The position numbers and the translations under genes are program-made. The notes under the pieces were generated by a model, which saw only the letters and a list, made by a program, of their open reading frames with translations, had not been told where the DNA came from and ran no database searches. Below, in pieces: positions 7,741 to 16,541 of a stretch of DNA of 24,000 nt. The number at the start of each line of letters is the position of its first letter. The first letter of the stretch is position 1. Source of the stretch: Hyphomicrobiaceae bacterium (lineage in GTDB: Bacteria > Pseudomonadota > Alphaproteobacteria > Rhizobiales > Hyphomicrobiaceae); NCBI GenBank assembly GCA_035714005.1, contig DASTMQ010000216.1:4126-28125 (forward strand). The letters are read 5' to 3'.

Positions 7741-9766
7741 GCACCAGGCCTTCCTCGTTCGGGAGGTAGCGAAGCAGGGCGGCGATCGTGCGCGGCAATG
7801 CGCCAGAAATTTTGGCGAGCGCGGCATCGGCGCGCGCGCGCATGCTCCCGAGTTCGGCCTGGTCGGTAATCAGTTGCCGCGCCGCGGTGGCGAGTTCTTC
7901 GGCGGAATGCACGACAATGGCGCCGCGATTGCGAATGAGGACGTCATAGGCGTCGCCGAAATTCTGCCAGTGCGGTCCCGTCAGCACGACGGCACCCTGG
8001 CGCACGGCCTCGATCGGGTTCTGGCCGCCGCGATTGACCAGGGAGCCCCCGATAAATGCGACCGGCGCTAGTTTGTAGAGCGTGCCCAGTTCGCCGATCG
8101 TGTCGGCAACGTATGCCTCGCTGCTGCGATCCGGTAGGGCGCCGCGCGATCGCTGCGCCACCTGCAGGCCTCGCTCCTTCAGCATTTCGGTAATGGCCGC
8201 GCCGCGCTCCGGATGCCGCGGGGCGATGATGGTGCAAAGGCCGGGCAGACTTTTCGCCAAGGCGCGGTGAGCTTCGGCCACCACCTGATCCTCACCCTCG
8301 TGCGTGCTGGCCGCCATCAGCAGCGGACGGTCGGCGAAGGCCGCGCGCAGCCGCTCGAGCGCGGCGCTATCCACCAGCGGCGCCGGCGCATCGACTTTTA
8401 GATTGCCAACCGACATCGTTGCGGGAGCCCCAAGAGCGCTAAAGCGGCTGGCCAGGCTTTCGTTTTGCGCCAGCACCAGCGCGAAGCGACCGAACAAGGG
8501 TTGCGCCAGCCCTGGCACGCGACGCCATCGGCGAAAAGATCTCTTGGTCATGCGCGCGTTGATCAGAGCGAGGGGAATGCCGCGCGCGGCGCTTTCAACG
8601 ATCAGGTTGGGCCAGATCTCCGACTCGGCAAAGACCGCCAGATCCGGCTTCCAATGCTCGAGAAAGCCCTGCACGTATCGCGGCACGTCGAGCGGGGCGT
8701 ACTGATGGATTGTCCGGGGCCCAATGCGCTGGCGTGCGAGTTCGGCCGACGTTACGGTTCCGGTCGTGAGCAGAAACGACAAGGCCGGGCGCTCGGCCGC
8801 CAGCGCCGAAATCAGCGGCAGGACGGCCATGGTTTCCCCGACACTGGCCGCATGAAACCAGGCGAGGCGGCCCGCGGGGCGCGACGCGCTCGGGCAGCCC
8901 AGCCGTTCCGGACGCCGCACGCGGTCCTCCTTGCCGGCGCGTTCGCGCAGTCCCAGCAGCAACGGGGTTGCCGGGCGGGCCAAGGCGGTGGCGGCGCGGT
9001 AGGCTCGCATCGAGACGCCGGGCGTTGTGCGGGCGGCGAGCGCGGCGCGCGGTGTGGCGCGCGATGGGTCGGCGCCGGCGCGGCTGAAGGCAAGGGCCGT
9101 GGCCTGGTTGAGCGAGGCCTCGACCGCCTGGCGATAGGTCTCGAGCTCGGCAGCATTGGCCTCGCGCGGCACGCACACCATGGGTCCCACGGCAAAACCC
9201 AAGCCCGAAAAGGGCAGATTGAGCGTCATGCGGCTCCAGGTATTGAAAGCCAGATAGCGTGAGGTGGCAATGGCGACCGGCAGGATTGGGCGTCCGGTTT
9301 GGCGTGCGACCATGACAATGCCCGGCCCGGCGCAGCGCGCCTTGCCGCCGGGCACGTCGGCGGTCATGGCTACGGTGCGCCCCTCACGCAGTGCCTGCAC
9401 GGCCGCCATGAACGCATGCGACCCACCGCGGTCCCGGGCACGCGCGGCAGCACCGGCGCCACGGATCAGCTGCATATCAAAGTGTCGTAGTGTTTCCGCC
9501 AAGGTCTCGGCATCGCGATGGCGCGCCAGCATAATGTCGACGGGGATGAACGGCGGCTTGATGAGGGGCAGCAGCATAAACTGGCCATGCCACATCGCCA
9601 CAATGCAGGGATGGTTGTGGTAGTGCTGCTCCAGCGTCTCCGTCATGGCTTCGGTCTGCCATGAGGTGCGGTGCACGAATTTGATATAGCGCGCCAACAT
9701 CGAGCCGATCCACGACTCGATTGGTCTTGGCCCCTGTTGGGGCCTCTGTTGGGCGGCGTTCGCCAT
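7730..9766 (-). CDS. waaA: DUF374 (LPLAT-like) domain fused in frame to 3-deoxy-D-manno-octulosonic acid transferase (KdtA/WaaA)
   Basis: One uninterrupted 678-aa ORF. Residues ~20-200 match the DUF374 pattern (IVAMWHGQFMLLP..ARHRDAE..IRGAG..MTADVPGG..GIVMVARQTGRPILPV). Residues ~253-678 are KdtA (..GKEDRVRRPERLG..LAWFHAASVGE..EIWPNL..). The internal ATG at 9010 sits where a stand-alone KdtA would begin. Confidence 0.88.
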   Translation of the reverse strand: MANAAQQRPQQGPRPIESWIGSMLARYIKFVHRTSWQTEAMTETLEQHYHNHPCIVAMWHGQFMLLPLIKPPFIPVDIMLARHRDAETLAETLRHFDMQLIRGAGAAARARDRGGSHAFMAAVQALREGRTVAMTADVPGGKARCAGPGIVMVARQTGRPILPVAIATSRYLAFNTWSRMTLNLPFSGLGFAVGPMVCVPREANAAELETYRQAVEASLNQATALAFSRAGADPSRATPRAALAARTTPGVSMRAYRAATALARPATPLLLGLRERAGKEDRVRRPERLGCPSASRPAGRLAWFHAASVGETMAVLPLISALAAERPALSFLLTTGTVTSAELARQRIGPRTIHQYAPLDVPRYVQGFLEHWKPDLAVFAESEIWPNLIVESAARGIPLALINARMTKRSFRRWRRVPGLAQPLFGRFALVLAQNESLASRFSALGAPATMSVGNLKVDAPAPLVDSAALERLRAAFADRPLLMAASTHEGEDQVVAEAHRALAKSLPGLCTIIAPRHPERGAAITEMLKERGLQVAQRSRGALPDRSSEAYVADTIGELGTLYKLAPVAFIGGSLVNRGGQNPIEAVRQGAVVLTGPHWQNFGDAYDVLIRNRGAIVVHSAEELATAARQLITDQAELGSMRARADAALAKISGALPRTIAALLRYLPNEEGLVRAS

Positions 9767-9889
9767 TGCGAGCGGCTTTACCCGATTGGTTGCCTCGACT
9801 GAAGGGATGTGCCGTTTCTATAGCCCATCCTTGCTCGTCGTCCATAGCCCTTTAATTCGACGCAATAAATTGGGGAACGTAACTGGGTC

Positions 9890-11719
9890 TCAGGCCGCTT
9901 CGATCGGTCGAGATTTAGCGCCTTGGCGGTCGTCGAAAATCTGCGAGTGGCACAGGCGCGCGTAGATCCCCTCGCGCGCCATCAAATCGGCATGTTTGCC
10001 GACCTCGACAATTTCCCCTGCCTCCATGACACAAATGATATCGGCGCGCTTTATGGTCGAGAGCCGATGGGCGATGATCAAGGCCGTACGGTTCTCGGTG
10101 AAACGCGCCAGCGCCTCCCCAACGAGCCGTTCCGATTCGCTGTCGAGCGCGCTCGTCGCCTCGTCCAACAGGAGGATGGGCGCGTTCTTGAGGATGGCGC
10201 GCGCCAGGGCCAGTCGTTGCCGCTGTCCGCCCGACAGGCGCAATCCGCCGTCGCCGATCATCGTGTCATAGCCGCACGGCTGCGCCATGATGAAATCGTG
10301 GGCGGCGGCCGCCTTTGCGGCGGCGACGACGTCATCCTGCGTGGCTCCGAGGCGGCCGAGGGCGATGTTGGCACTGATGGTGTCATCGAACAGCGTAACT
10401 TCTTGGCTAACGATCGCCACACAACCACGCAAGCTTGCCAAGGTGACGTCTCGTACATCCTGCCCATCGATCAAAATCCGACCCGACTGCACGTCGAACA
10501 GCCTGGCGACAAGATTGAGCACGGTGGATTTTCCCGAACCGTTGCGACCGACGATGGCCGCCGTCTGGCCGCCCGGCACCAGCAGGGAGAATTGTTTCAC
10601 CGCCGGGCTCAGCGGCGCCGATGGATAGGCGAACCCTACCTGCTCGAAGGCCACGGTCCCGGTCTTGACGGCGAGCGCTCGCGCTCCCTCCCGATCGACG
10701 ACCGTCGGCCTTTCGTCGAGCAATTCATAGACCCGCTCGACCGCCGCCAGGCCTTCCGAGGTGGAATTGCTCAGAGAGCCGAGCGATTTGATGGCTTGCG
10801 CCGTCAGCAGCAGGGCGGTGACATAGGCGACGAAGCTGCCGACCGTGCTCAGTCCGGAGGCGATGCGCCAGTAGGCAAATGCAATCGCCACGGCGATGGC
10901 GAGGCCCGCCAAGGCCTCGAGAATGGACGCCACCCTTGCCCGCGCCCGCACCGCCTTCATGCGCAGCTTGAACACCTGCTCGAAGCTCTCGTTCAGTCGT
11001 TCGGTGGCATAGCGTTCGAGCCGAAAGGCCTTGATCAGGCGCGCACCGGAGAACTTTTCGGTGAGTCGGGAGGTCATGCCCCCGAGCTCGGCTTGGGTGC
11101 GCCGGGCGACCGATCGCAACCGTCGTCCAATATTGCGGACCGGGACGATGGCGATCGGACAGGCTGCGAGCACGACCAGCGTCATCGCCCAATCGAGGCT
11201 CAACATCACCGCAATCATCGCCATTACGGTCAGCGCGTCTCTGACGAAGGCAACGAGGGAGATCTGGGCCGCCTGCTGAATGAAGGTCAGATCATTGGTG
11301 AGCCGCGACACGAGGTGTCCCGTGGTCTCGCGCCCAAATCGCGCAAAGTCGGCATTGATGAGGTGCGCGAAGGCCGCCTTCTGAATATCGGTCACCATGC
11401 GCGTGACGATGCGAGCCGTCGTGATCTGGTGCAGATAAAGGAAGAGCCCGCGGCAGGCGGTGATACCGATCACGGACACCAGCACCCAGGGCAGCGCCAA
11501 GCTGCCGGGCTGCATCAGGGAATCGAATGCCGCCTTGATGATCAGTGGATAACCCGCGGTGGCGGCCGCCAATCCGGCGGTGAACAGGAGCGCCAGCACG
11601 ATTTGACGCCAGCGCGGCCAAATCCAATCCGCCAGAAATCGCCGCAACAATCCGCGCTCGCGCGCATTGAGGGCCAATGCCCTAGCCTTGCCGGCTCCAA
11701 GCTTTGAGATCTTGCCCAA
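9890..11719 (-). CDS. msbA: ABC transporter permease/ATPase, MsbA-like lipid exporter
   Basis: N-terminal six-helix ABC transmembrane domain, followed by Walker A GRNGSGKST, signature LSGGQRQR and Walker B ILLLDEATSALD. It sits directly upstream of the DUF374-waaA-lpxK genes. I prefer the TTG at 11719, preceded by GGGAG with a 5-nt spacer (609 aa). The ATG at 11782 is the ORF-track alternative. The msbA assignment rests on gene context. Confidence 0.85.
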   Translation of the reverse strand: MGKISKLGAGKARALALNARERGLLRRFLADWIWPRWRQIVLALLFTAGLAAATAGYPLIIKAAFDSLMQPGSLALPWVLVSVIGITACRGLFLYLHQITTARIVTRMVTDIQKAAFAHLINADFARFGRETTGHLVSRLTNDLTFIQQAAQISLVAFVRDALTVMAMIAVMLSLDWAMTLVVLAACPIAIVPVRNIGRRLRSVARRTQAELGGMTSRLTEKFSGARLIKAFRLERYATERLNESFEQVFKLRMKAVRARARVASILEALAGLAIAVAIAFAYWRIASGLSTVGSFVAYVTALLLTAQAIKSLGSLSNSTSEGLAAVERVYELLDERPTVVDREGARALAVKTGTVAFEQVGFAYPSAPLSPAVKQFSLLVPGGQTAAIVGRNGSGKSTVLNLVARLFDVQSGRILIDGQDVRDVTLASLRGCVAIVSQEVTLFDDTISANIALGRLGATQDDVVAAAKAAAAHDFIMAQPCGYDTMIGDGGLRLSGGQRQRLALARAILKNAPILLLDEATSALDSESERLVGEALARFTENRTALIIAHRLSTIKRADIICVMEAGEIVEVGKHADLMAREGIYARLCHSQIFDDRQGAKSRPIEAA

Positions 11720-11830
11720 GGTGCTCCCAACCGTTGCCGCGCCCTGGTAGATACCAGTTCGCCGAACGACGCACCACCACAAGCCGCGGCGAGACCTGTG
11801 GGCGATTGCCGCGCAGCCGGCCTGCTCAAG

Positions 11831-12076
11831 CTAGATTGGTGCCGGATCGAGCAAGCGGTGGATATGCACGATAAAGTAGCGGATCTGCGCGTTGTCGACC
11901 GTGCGCTGAGCGGCCGCCCGCCAGACCTTGTGGGCCTCGGCATAGCTCGGATAGATGCCGACGATGTCGAGCCGATCGAGGTCCTTGAACTCCACGTCCG
12001 CCAAGGTTTTGAGCTCGCCACCAAAGACGAGATGCAGGAGCTGCTTGGCGGGCCTCAAGGTGCTGTCCGTCGTCAT
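11831..12076 (-). CDS. DUF4170 domain-containing protein
   Basis: 81 aa starting at ATG 12076, preceded by GAGGAGG. It has the conserved LLHLVFGGELK..VEFKDL..LDIVGIYPSYAEA...VDNAQIRYFIVHIHRLLDP pattern. Confidence 0.85.
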   Translation of the reverse strand: MTTDSTLRPAKQLLHLVFGGELKTLADVEFKDLDRLDIVGIYPSYAEAHKVWRAAAQRTVDNAQIRYFIVHIHRLLDPAPI

Positions 12077-12303
12077 TACCCGTGCCTCCTCGGCAAGCGA
12101 CCAGAGCATGCTTGTGTGGCAGCGCTAACCCGCGGGGCCCATTGCGCATGCTAACGTCCCATTAACGCTTTTGCTTAAGCGCTTCGGAAGCCTTTTATGC
12201 GAGCCTGACCCTATCACGGCTGCTCGAGACGGCCGCTCAGGGGTTGACGGGACGCAAAACGCGGTGTCGGCGGCGCACGGCCGCTGACGCCGCGGTTCTG
12301 CCA

Positions 12304-13260
12304 TCAAAGGCGCACCCTGCTGCTCAAATCGACGACTAGCCCGAGGCAGAGGATCCAGCCGACCAGCTGATTGGAGCGAAAGCGCTTGAGGCAGTTGGCC
12401 GCGTCCTCGGTGCGGAGGGTCGCAAGCTGCCAGACGAACTGCACGCCCACCAGCGCAAGGGCGAGAAAAAACGCCAGGCCGGCGCCCGCCAACGCTCCCG
12501 CCACCGCCCACAACACGACGGCGGCGGCATAGAAGAGCGCCACCACCGGCCGCGTGGCCGCGCCCAGTGTCAACGCGGTTGATCGCAGGCCGATCGCCTC
12601 ATCATCGTCCTTGTCTTGGTGGGCATAGATGGTGTCGTAGCCCACGGTCCACAGCACGCAGCCCGCGTAGAGCGTAAGCGGAGCCGTCGAGAGCCCACCG
12701 GTGATCGCCGACCAGCCAACGAGAGCCCCCCACTTGAAGGTCAGGCCGAGCACGAGCTGGGGCCAATCGGTGTAACGTTTGGCAAACGGGTAGACGGCAA
12801 TGAGCAGCACAGAGGCAACGCCGAGGACGATCGTGAAAACGTTGAACTGGATCAGGACGAGCAAGCCGATCAATGCCAGTACGCCCAGAAACATTTGTGC
12901 CTCTGCCAAGCTCACCTGGCCGGAGGCGATCGGCCGCGCAGCAGTGCGCGCAACGCGGGCATCATAGTCGCGATCGACGATGTCGTTGTAGGTGCAGCCC
13001 GCTCCGCGCATAACAAAGGCGCCGATCAGAAAAAGCAAGAGATAGGACGCATCGGCGGCGGCGTGACCCAGCGATGCTTCGGCGAGCAGCTGCCCCCACC
13101 AGCAGGGAAACAGCAGCAGCCAGGCGCCGATCGGACGGTCAAATCTGGCAAGGCGCAGGAACGGACGGCAGGCTTCGGGCGCCAGCCGATCGACCCAATT
13201 GCCTTGTGGTGCATCGGGGATGCTCGCGTTTGCCGGCGTGGGAGGAGGTTTTATGGTCAT
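12304..13260 (-). CDS. ubiA: 4-hydroxybenzoate polyprenyltransferase
   Basis: Polytopic membrane protein with the UbiA motif NDIVDRDYDARVARTAARP and LARFDRPIGAWLLLFPCWWG. The start is placed at ATG 13260 (318 aa); ATG 13293 is possible. Confidence 0.9.
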   Translation of the reverse strand: MTIKPPPTPANASIPDAPQGNWVDRLAPEACRPFLRLARFDRPIGAWLLLFPCWWGQLLAEASLGHAAADASYLLLFLIGAFVMRGAGCTYNDIVDRDYDARVARTAARPIASGQVSLAEAQMFLGVLALIGLLVLIQFNVFTIVLGVASVLLIAVYPFAKRYTDWPQLVLGLTFKWGALVGWSAITGGLSTAPLTLYAGCVLWTVGYDTIYAHQDKDDDEAIGLRSTALTLGAATRPVVALFYAAAVVLWAVAGALAGAGLAFFLALALVGVQFVWQLATLRTEDAANCLKRFRSNQLVGWILCLGLVVDLSSRVRL

Positions 13261-13365
13261 GACCCGGCTGCGAAGGTCCTGGCTTCGGCGCACTCGCTCT
13301 GCCGGCCGCTTGGCTTCCGCGCCGGTGCGGCCGACTATAGCACCGGGCCTTGCCGATGGGCGCGC

Positions 13366-14049
13366 CTAGAGCTTGAGCACGGCCGGCAACTCGGTCAGCG
13401 ACGCAATGGTGTGCTGGGGTCCGCCCCCCTCGGCCGGCTTGGCGCCGGCGTGAATTTTTTGCACCCCGGGTCTGTCGATCATGACCGTTATCCATCCGCG
13501 CGCGTTGGGGGCGATGAAATCTTTGGCAGGATTGTCGCCGACATAGACGAAGCGCGCGTTGGTGCTGCCGAGCGCCGCCTCCATGCGCTGGTAACTTTGC
13601 TGGTGCGGCTTGGCAAAGGCTCGGCCGCCGAGAGCATCCGTGTAGACGATTTCCTGGAAGTGGCGGGCAATGCCGAGCGCCTCGACCTTGCTCCGCTGCA
13701 CGCTGTGGGTGCCATCCGTGATCAGTCCGAGCCGCAGTCGGCCGTTAAAATGGGAAAGCGCCCAGCAGGCATCGTCGAATAACGTCAGCGTCGGTACGTG
13801 ATTGCGGTAGGCTGCAATGAGATCGGCGAGGTGCTCGGGTTGGTGTTGCGGCATGTGCTGGCTCAGCGCGAGACGAAACAGCTGGCCAAGATGCCCCTGA
13901 TCCAAAAGGCGCGTCATCTCCGCCGCCAGACCCGTGAGCCCGAGGCTCGACTGCGCCCATCGCTCTGCCGCGGCAAATCCCGAAAGCGCAAACTGCCGCT
14001 CGGGGTAGAGTGTGTCGTCGAGGTCGAAGACGAGGATGACGTTCAGCAT
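13366..14049 (-). CDS. HAD-superfamily hydrolase
   Basis: 227 aa starting MLNVILVFDLDDTLY (HAD motif I DxDxT). It also has LGLITDG (motif II-like) and YVGDNPAKD (motif IV). ATG 14049 overlaps the ctaA stop (ATGCTGA). The upstream extension of the 302-aa ORF is rejected. Confidence 0.85.
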   Translation of the reverse strand: MLNVILVFDLDDTLYPERQFALSGFAAAERWAQSSLGLTGLAAEMTRLLDQGHLGQLFRLALSQHMPQHQPEHLADLIAAYRNHVPTLTLFDDACWALSHFNGRLRLGLITDGTHSVQRSKVEALGIARHFQEIVYTDALGGRAFAKPHQQSYQRMEAALGSTNARFVYVGDNPAKDFIAPNARGWITVMIDRPGVQKIHAGAKPAEGGGPQHTIASLTELPAVLKL

Positions 14050-15125
14050 CGCGACGAGCGCCAAGGAAACCGACTTTCGTAACAATGCCACACGGCGAGC
14101 GCGAACACGATCGCGGCCATGGCCTGGTGCGCGACGCCGAGCGCTGGGGGGACGTGGCTGAGCAGGGTCCAGATTCCAAGCCCCAGCTGCATCACCACGG
14201 CGAGCGCCAAGCAGCCGACCGATCTGCGCTCGCCCCGCCGGGCGGTCGACCCAAACAGCACGGCGGCACGCCAAACAACCGCGACGAGAAGCAAATAGGC
14301 CACGACGCGGTGATTGAATTGCACGGTCATGGCATTCTCAAACAGGTTCAGATACCAGGGCTCGATCGCCCCGAGGCCCGACGGAATGATCCGGCCATCC
14401 ATTAGGGGCCAGGTGTTATAGGCCTGTCCGGCCTTGAGGCCGGCCACCAAGGCGCCAAGCAGGATTTGCACAAACACTCCCATGGCGATGCCGACGGCGG
14501 CGGCACGAGAGGCGGCGGAGCCTTGTCCTGAAGCCTCCTCGCCGTCCTGCAAGGACAAGGCCGCCCACAGCAGGGCACCGAGGATGAGAACGGCAAGCCC
14601 CAAGTGCAGCGCCAGCCGGTAGTGGCTGACATCGATGCGCTCGCTCAGTCCCGAGCTGACCATGTACCAGCCGACAAGGCCTTGCAGGCCGCCGAGGGCG
14701 AAAATGCCGGCGAGGTTAAGGCCGAGGCGGCGCGAGATCCATCCTCTCGCCAGGAATACGAGAAATGGCATCGCAAAGGCGATACCGATCAGACGTCCAA
14801 GATTGCGGTGAGCCCATTCCCACCAGAAAATCACCTTGAAGGCCGCAAGGCTCATGCCCTTGTTGGCGTACTCGTACTGGGGAATTTGTTGATACTTGCG
14901 AAAGGCCTCCTGCCAATCCGCCTCGGTCAGCGGTGGCAGCATGCCAATAATCGGCTTCCATTCGGTGATCGACAGCCCCGAGCCCGTCAGTCGGGTGGCG
15001 CCTCCCAGGCTGACCATAGCCAGCACCAAGGCCGCGACGGCGAAAAGCCAGATGCGAACCGGGGCCAAGCGGCGGGCCGTGCCAACCACGGGCGGCGAGG
15101 ATGCAGTTGCCATGGCCGCAGTCAT
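14043..15125 (-). CDS. ctaA: Heme A synthase (COX15/CtaA)
   Basis: Multi-pass membrane protein with GGATRLTGSGLSITEWKPIIGMLPPL and WEWAHRNLGRLIG, plus a second His-containing half (FNHRVVAYLL). The start is probably ATG 15125 (360 aa) or ATG 15113. Confidence 0.9.
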   Translation of the reverse strand: MTAAMATASSPPVVGTARRLAPVRIWLFAVAALVLAMVSLGGATRLTGSGLSITEWKPIIGMLPPLTEADWQEAFRKYQQIPQYEYANKGMSLAAFKVIFWWEWAHRNLGRLIGIAFAMPFLVFLARGWISRRLGLNLAGIFALGGLQGLVGWYMVSSGLSERIDVSHYRLALHLGLAVLILGALLWAALSLQDGEEASGQGSAASRAAAVGIAMGVFVQILLGALVAGLKAGQAYNTWPLMDGRIIPSGLGAIEPWYLNLFENAMTVQFNHRVVAYLLLVAVVWRAAVLFGSTARRGERRSVGCLALAVVMQLGLGIWTLLSHVPPALGVAHQAMAAIVFALAVWHCYESRFPWRSSRC

Positions 15126-15183
15126 AGTTGGCTTTGCTGGGCATTGGCATGCGGCGCTTCGCCGGAGCGGCAAAGCGCCGATT

Positions 15184-15489
15184 CTAGTGGAAGGGCGTCG
15201 TCGGGCTTGCCGGGGGTCGGCGACGGTTGGCGAAGGCAAACGGAGCTCCGTTCAGGAATACCTTAACATAGCGCGGATGCTGATAGTCGCCATTGAGCGA
15301 GACCCGCGGCAACGCCGTCAGCGCCGAGGCATGCCGGCGCTGGATGAGACCCTTGCGCGTGGTCACCCCGGTCCTGAACCCGAGCGCGCGTGCGAGTTGG
15401 AATTCGCGCTCCCCGGCGCTGTGCTCGTCGCCGTAAGGATAGCTAAGATGTCGACAAGGCAGGCCGAGTTCGCGCTCGATGCGCGCTAG
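15184..15489 (-). pseudogene. Polysaccharide deacetylase (NodB-homology) gene, 3' fragment separated by the IS insertion
   Basis: The translation LARIERELGLPCRHLSYPYGDEHSAG..LPRVSLNG.. carries the 'YPYG' deacetylase motif. It becomes in frame with the 16542-16908 fragment once the IS and one CTAG copy are removed. Confidence 0.8.
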
Positions 15490-16478
15490 ATGTTTGGTCC
15501 CGGAGAGAGGTGGGTTGGATCGAGGATGAACCTGTTTGGCTCTTCGGTCCAGCATTTGACGATATGCTCGTAGGGGGTGTTCCCTCTTAGTGCTTTGAGG
15601 CGCTTAGCGAAGTTGTAGGCATTTACGAACGCCTCGAGATGAGCTCGTAACTGGGCGTGCGTTTCGTAGAAGTATCGCCTGACGGTTGCCTCTTTGAGTG
15701 TTCGGTTCATGCGCTCGACTTGGCCATTAGTCCAAGGATGGCTGGGCTTTGTGAGGCGATGATCGATATCGTTTTGAGCGCATACAAGCTCGAAGCCACG
15801 AGCCCGGAATATTTCTCCCCGATCAATTGCCTTGCGGATCTCTTTGGCTGCGGACTCGACATTGCCTGGCGTAGTGAACTGAATGCCATTGTCGGTCAGC
15901 ACGGTGTGGATCTTGTAAGGCACGGCCTTGATGAGGCGCCTTAGGAAATCTGCGGCAACCTGCTGTGTGGCTCGCTCGTGCAGCTCGATGAAAGCGAACT
16001 TTGACACCCGATCGATAGCGACGAACATGTGGAGTTTGCCTTGGCCCGTCCGGACCTCAGCAATATCGACATGAAAGTAGCCGATTGGGTAGGTTCTGAA
16101 CTTTTTCTTGCGCCCTAATTCACTCTGGACGTCTGGCAACCGAGAGATATCGTGACGCTGGAACAGACGGTGCAATGACGAGCGCGTCAGATGTGGAATG
16201 GTGGCCTGGAGGGCGTAGAGGCAGTCATCGAGGGGCAGAAGGGTGTGTTTACGGAAGGCGACGGAGAGCGCCTCCTCCTCGACTGACAGGACCGTAGAGT
16301 GCGGCTCCTTCGGCCCCATAGGCAAGTCCTGGACGGACTGCCGGCGGCGCCACTTCATGACGGTCTTCGGATTGAGATCGTACTTGTCGGCGAGTTCCGC
16401 GATCGTAGCTTTCGATCGCTGTATTGCCGCTCGGACGGCGTGAGTAGTCTTGGCGCTACCGTGTAGTATCTGTCCCAT
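15486..16478 (-). CDS. IS481-family DDE transposase
   Basis: 330 aa starting at ATG 16478, preceded by GGGAGG. It has an N-terminal HTH (GSAKTTHAVRAAIQRSKATIAELADKYDLNPKTVMKWRRR) and an integrase-core/DDE domain (YFHVDI.., LTDNGIQFT, HPWTNGQVERMNRTLKE). The TAG stop (15488-15486) lies in the flanking CTAG, outside the element. Confidence 0.92.
   Translation of the reverse strand: MGQILHGSAKTTHAVRAAIQRSKATIAELADKYDLNPKTVMKWRRRQSVQDLPMGPKEPHSTVLSVEEEALSVAFRKHTLLPLDDCLYALQATIPHLTRSSLHRLFQRHDISRLPDVQSELGRKKKFRTYPIGYFHVDIAEVRTGQGKLHMFVAIDRVSKFAFIELHERATQQVAADFLRRLIKAVPYKIHTVLTDNGIQFTTPGNVESAAKEIRKAIDRGEIFRARGFELVCAQNDIDHRLTKPSHPWTNGQVERMNRTLKEATVRRYFYETHAQLRAHLEAFVNAYNFAKRLKALRGNTPYEHIVKCWTEEPNRFILDPTHLSPGPNI
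15490..15513. repeat. IS terminal inverted repeat (transposase 3' side)
   Basis: atgtttggtcccggagagaggtgg, compared with the reverse complement of 16518-16541, atgttcagtcccgcagagaggtgg. This gives 21/24 identical positions. Confidence 0.9.
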
Positions 16479-16517
16479 AGCCCCTCCCGAAGTGAGATGG
16501 AATCGCTTAGCCTGATT

Positions 16518-16541
16518 CCACCTCTCTGCGGGACTGAACAT
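16518..16541. repeat. IS terminal inverted repeat (transposase 5' side)
   Basis: This is the partner of 15490-15513 and is followed directly by CTAG (16542-16545). Confidence 0.9.

Larger units (their letters stand above)
15490..16541 (-). mobile_element. Complete IS481-family insertion sequence (1052 bp) flanked by a 4-bp CTAG target-site duplication
   Basis: The terminal inverted repeats match at 21 of 24 positions. CTAG is present at 15486-15489 and 16542-16545. A single transposase ORF fills the element. Excising it restores the host reading frame. Confidence 0.92.

Noticed and set aside
7741-7827. lpxK start at ATG 7827 (371 aa).
   Set aside because: It would place 98 nt of lpxK inside waaA and add a non-conserved Arg/Ser/Cys-rich leader. 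GTG 7740 sits immediately before the conserved EPSWWY motif.
9817-9850. 10-bp direct repeat (tctatagccc / tccatagccc, 9/10 match, 24 bp apart) upstream of the DUF374-waaA ORF, considered as a possible regulator binding site.
   Set aside because: My rough estimate is that a single 9/10 match within a ~120-bp spacer is not clearly beyond chance. There is no supporting dyad symmetry or known consensus.
9923-11707. 594-aa plus-strand ORF antisense to the ABC exporter gene.
   Set aside because: It mirrors the real minus-strand gene, which carries Walker A/B, the signature motif and transmembrane helices. The antisense translation is Arg/Gly/Asp-rich with no motifs. This is a classic high-GC shadow ORF.
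12616-13782. 388-aa plus-strand ORF spanning ubiA and the HAD gene.
   Set aside because: It is antisense to two well-supported genes and crosses their intergenic gap. The composition is low-complexity and there are no motifs.
15490-15555. N-terminal 22 residues of the 123-aa ORF 15184-15555.
   Set aside because: This part lies inside the IS (the IR and transposase 3' end) and is fortuitously in frame. Only 15184-15489 is deacetylase-derived.
16479-16541. 351-aa version of the transposase starting at the ATG that forms the first three bases of the IS inverted repeat.
   Set aside because: No RBS can precede an ATG at the element tip. ATG 16478 has GGGAGG upstream and gives the conserved MGQILHGSAKTT.. 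N-terminus. The open frame through the IR is still noted in the findings.
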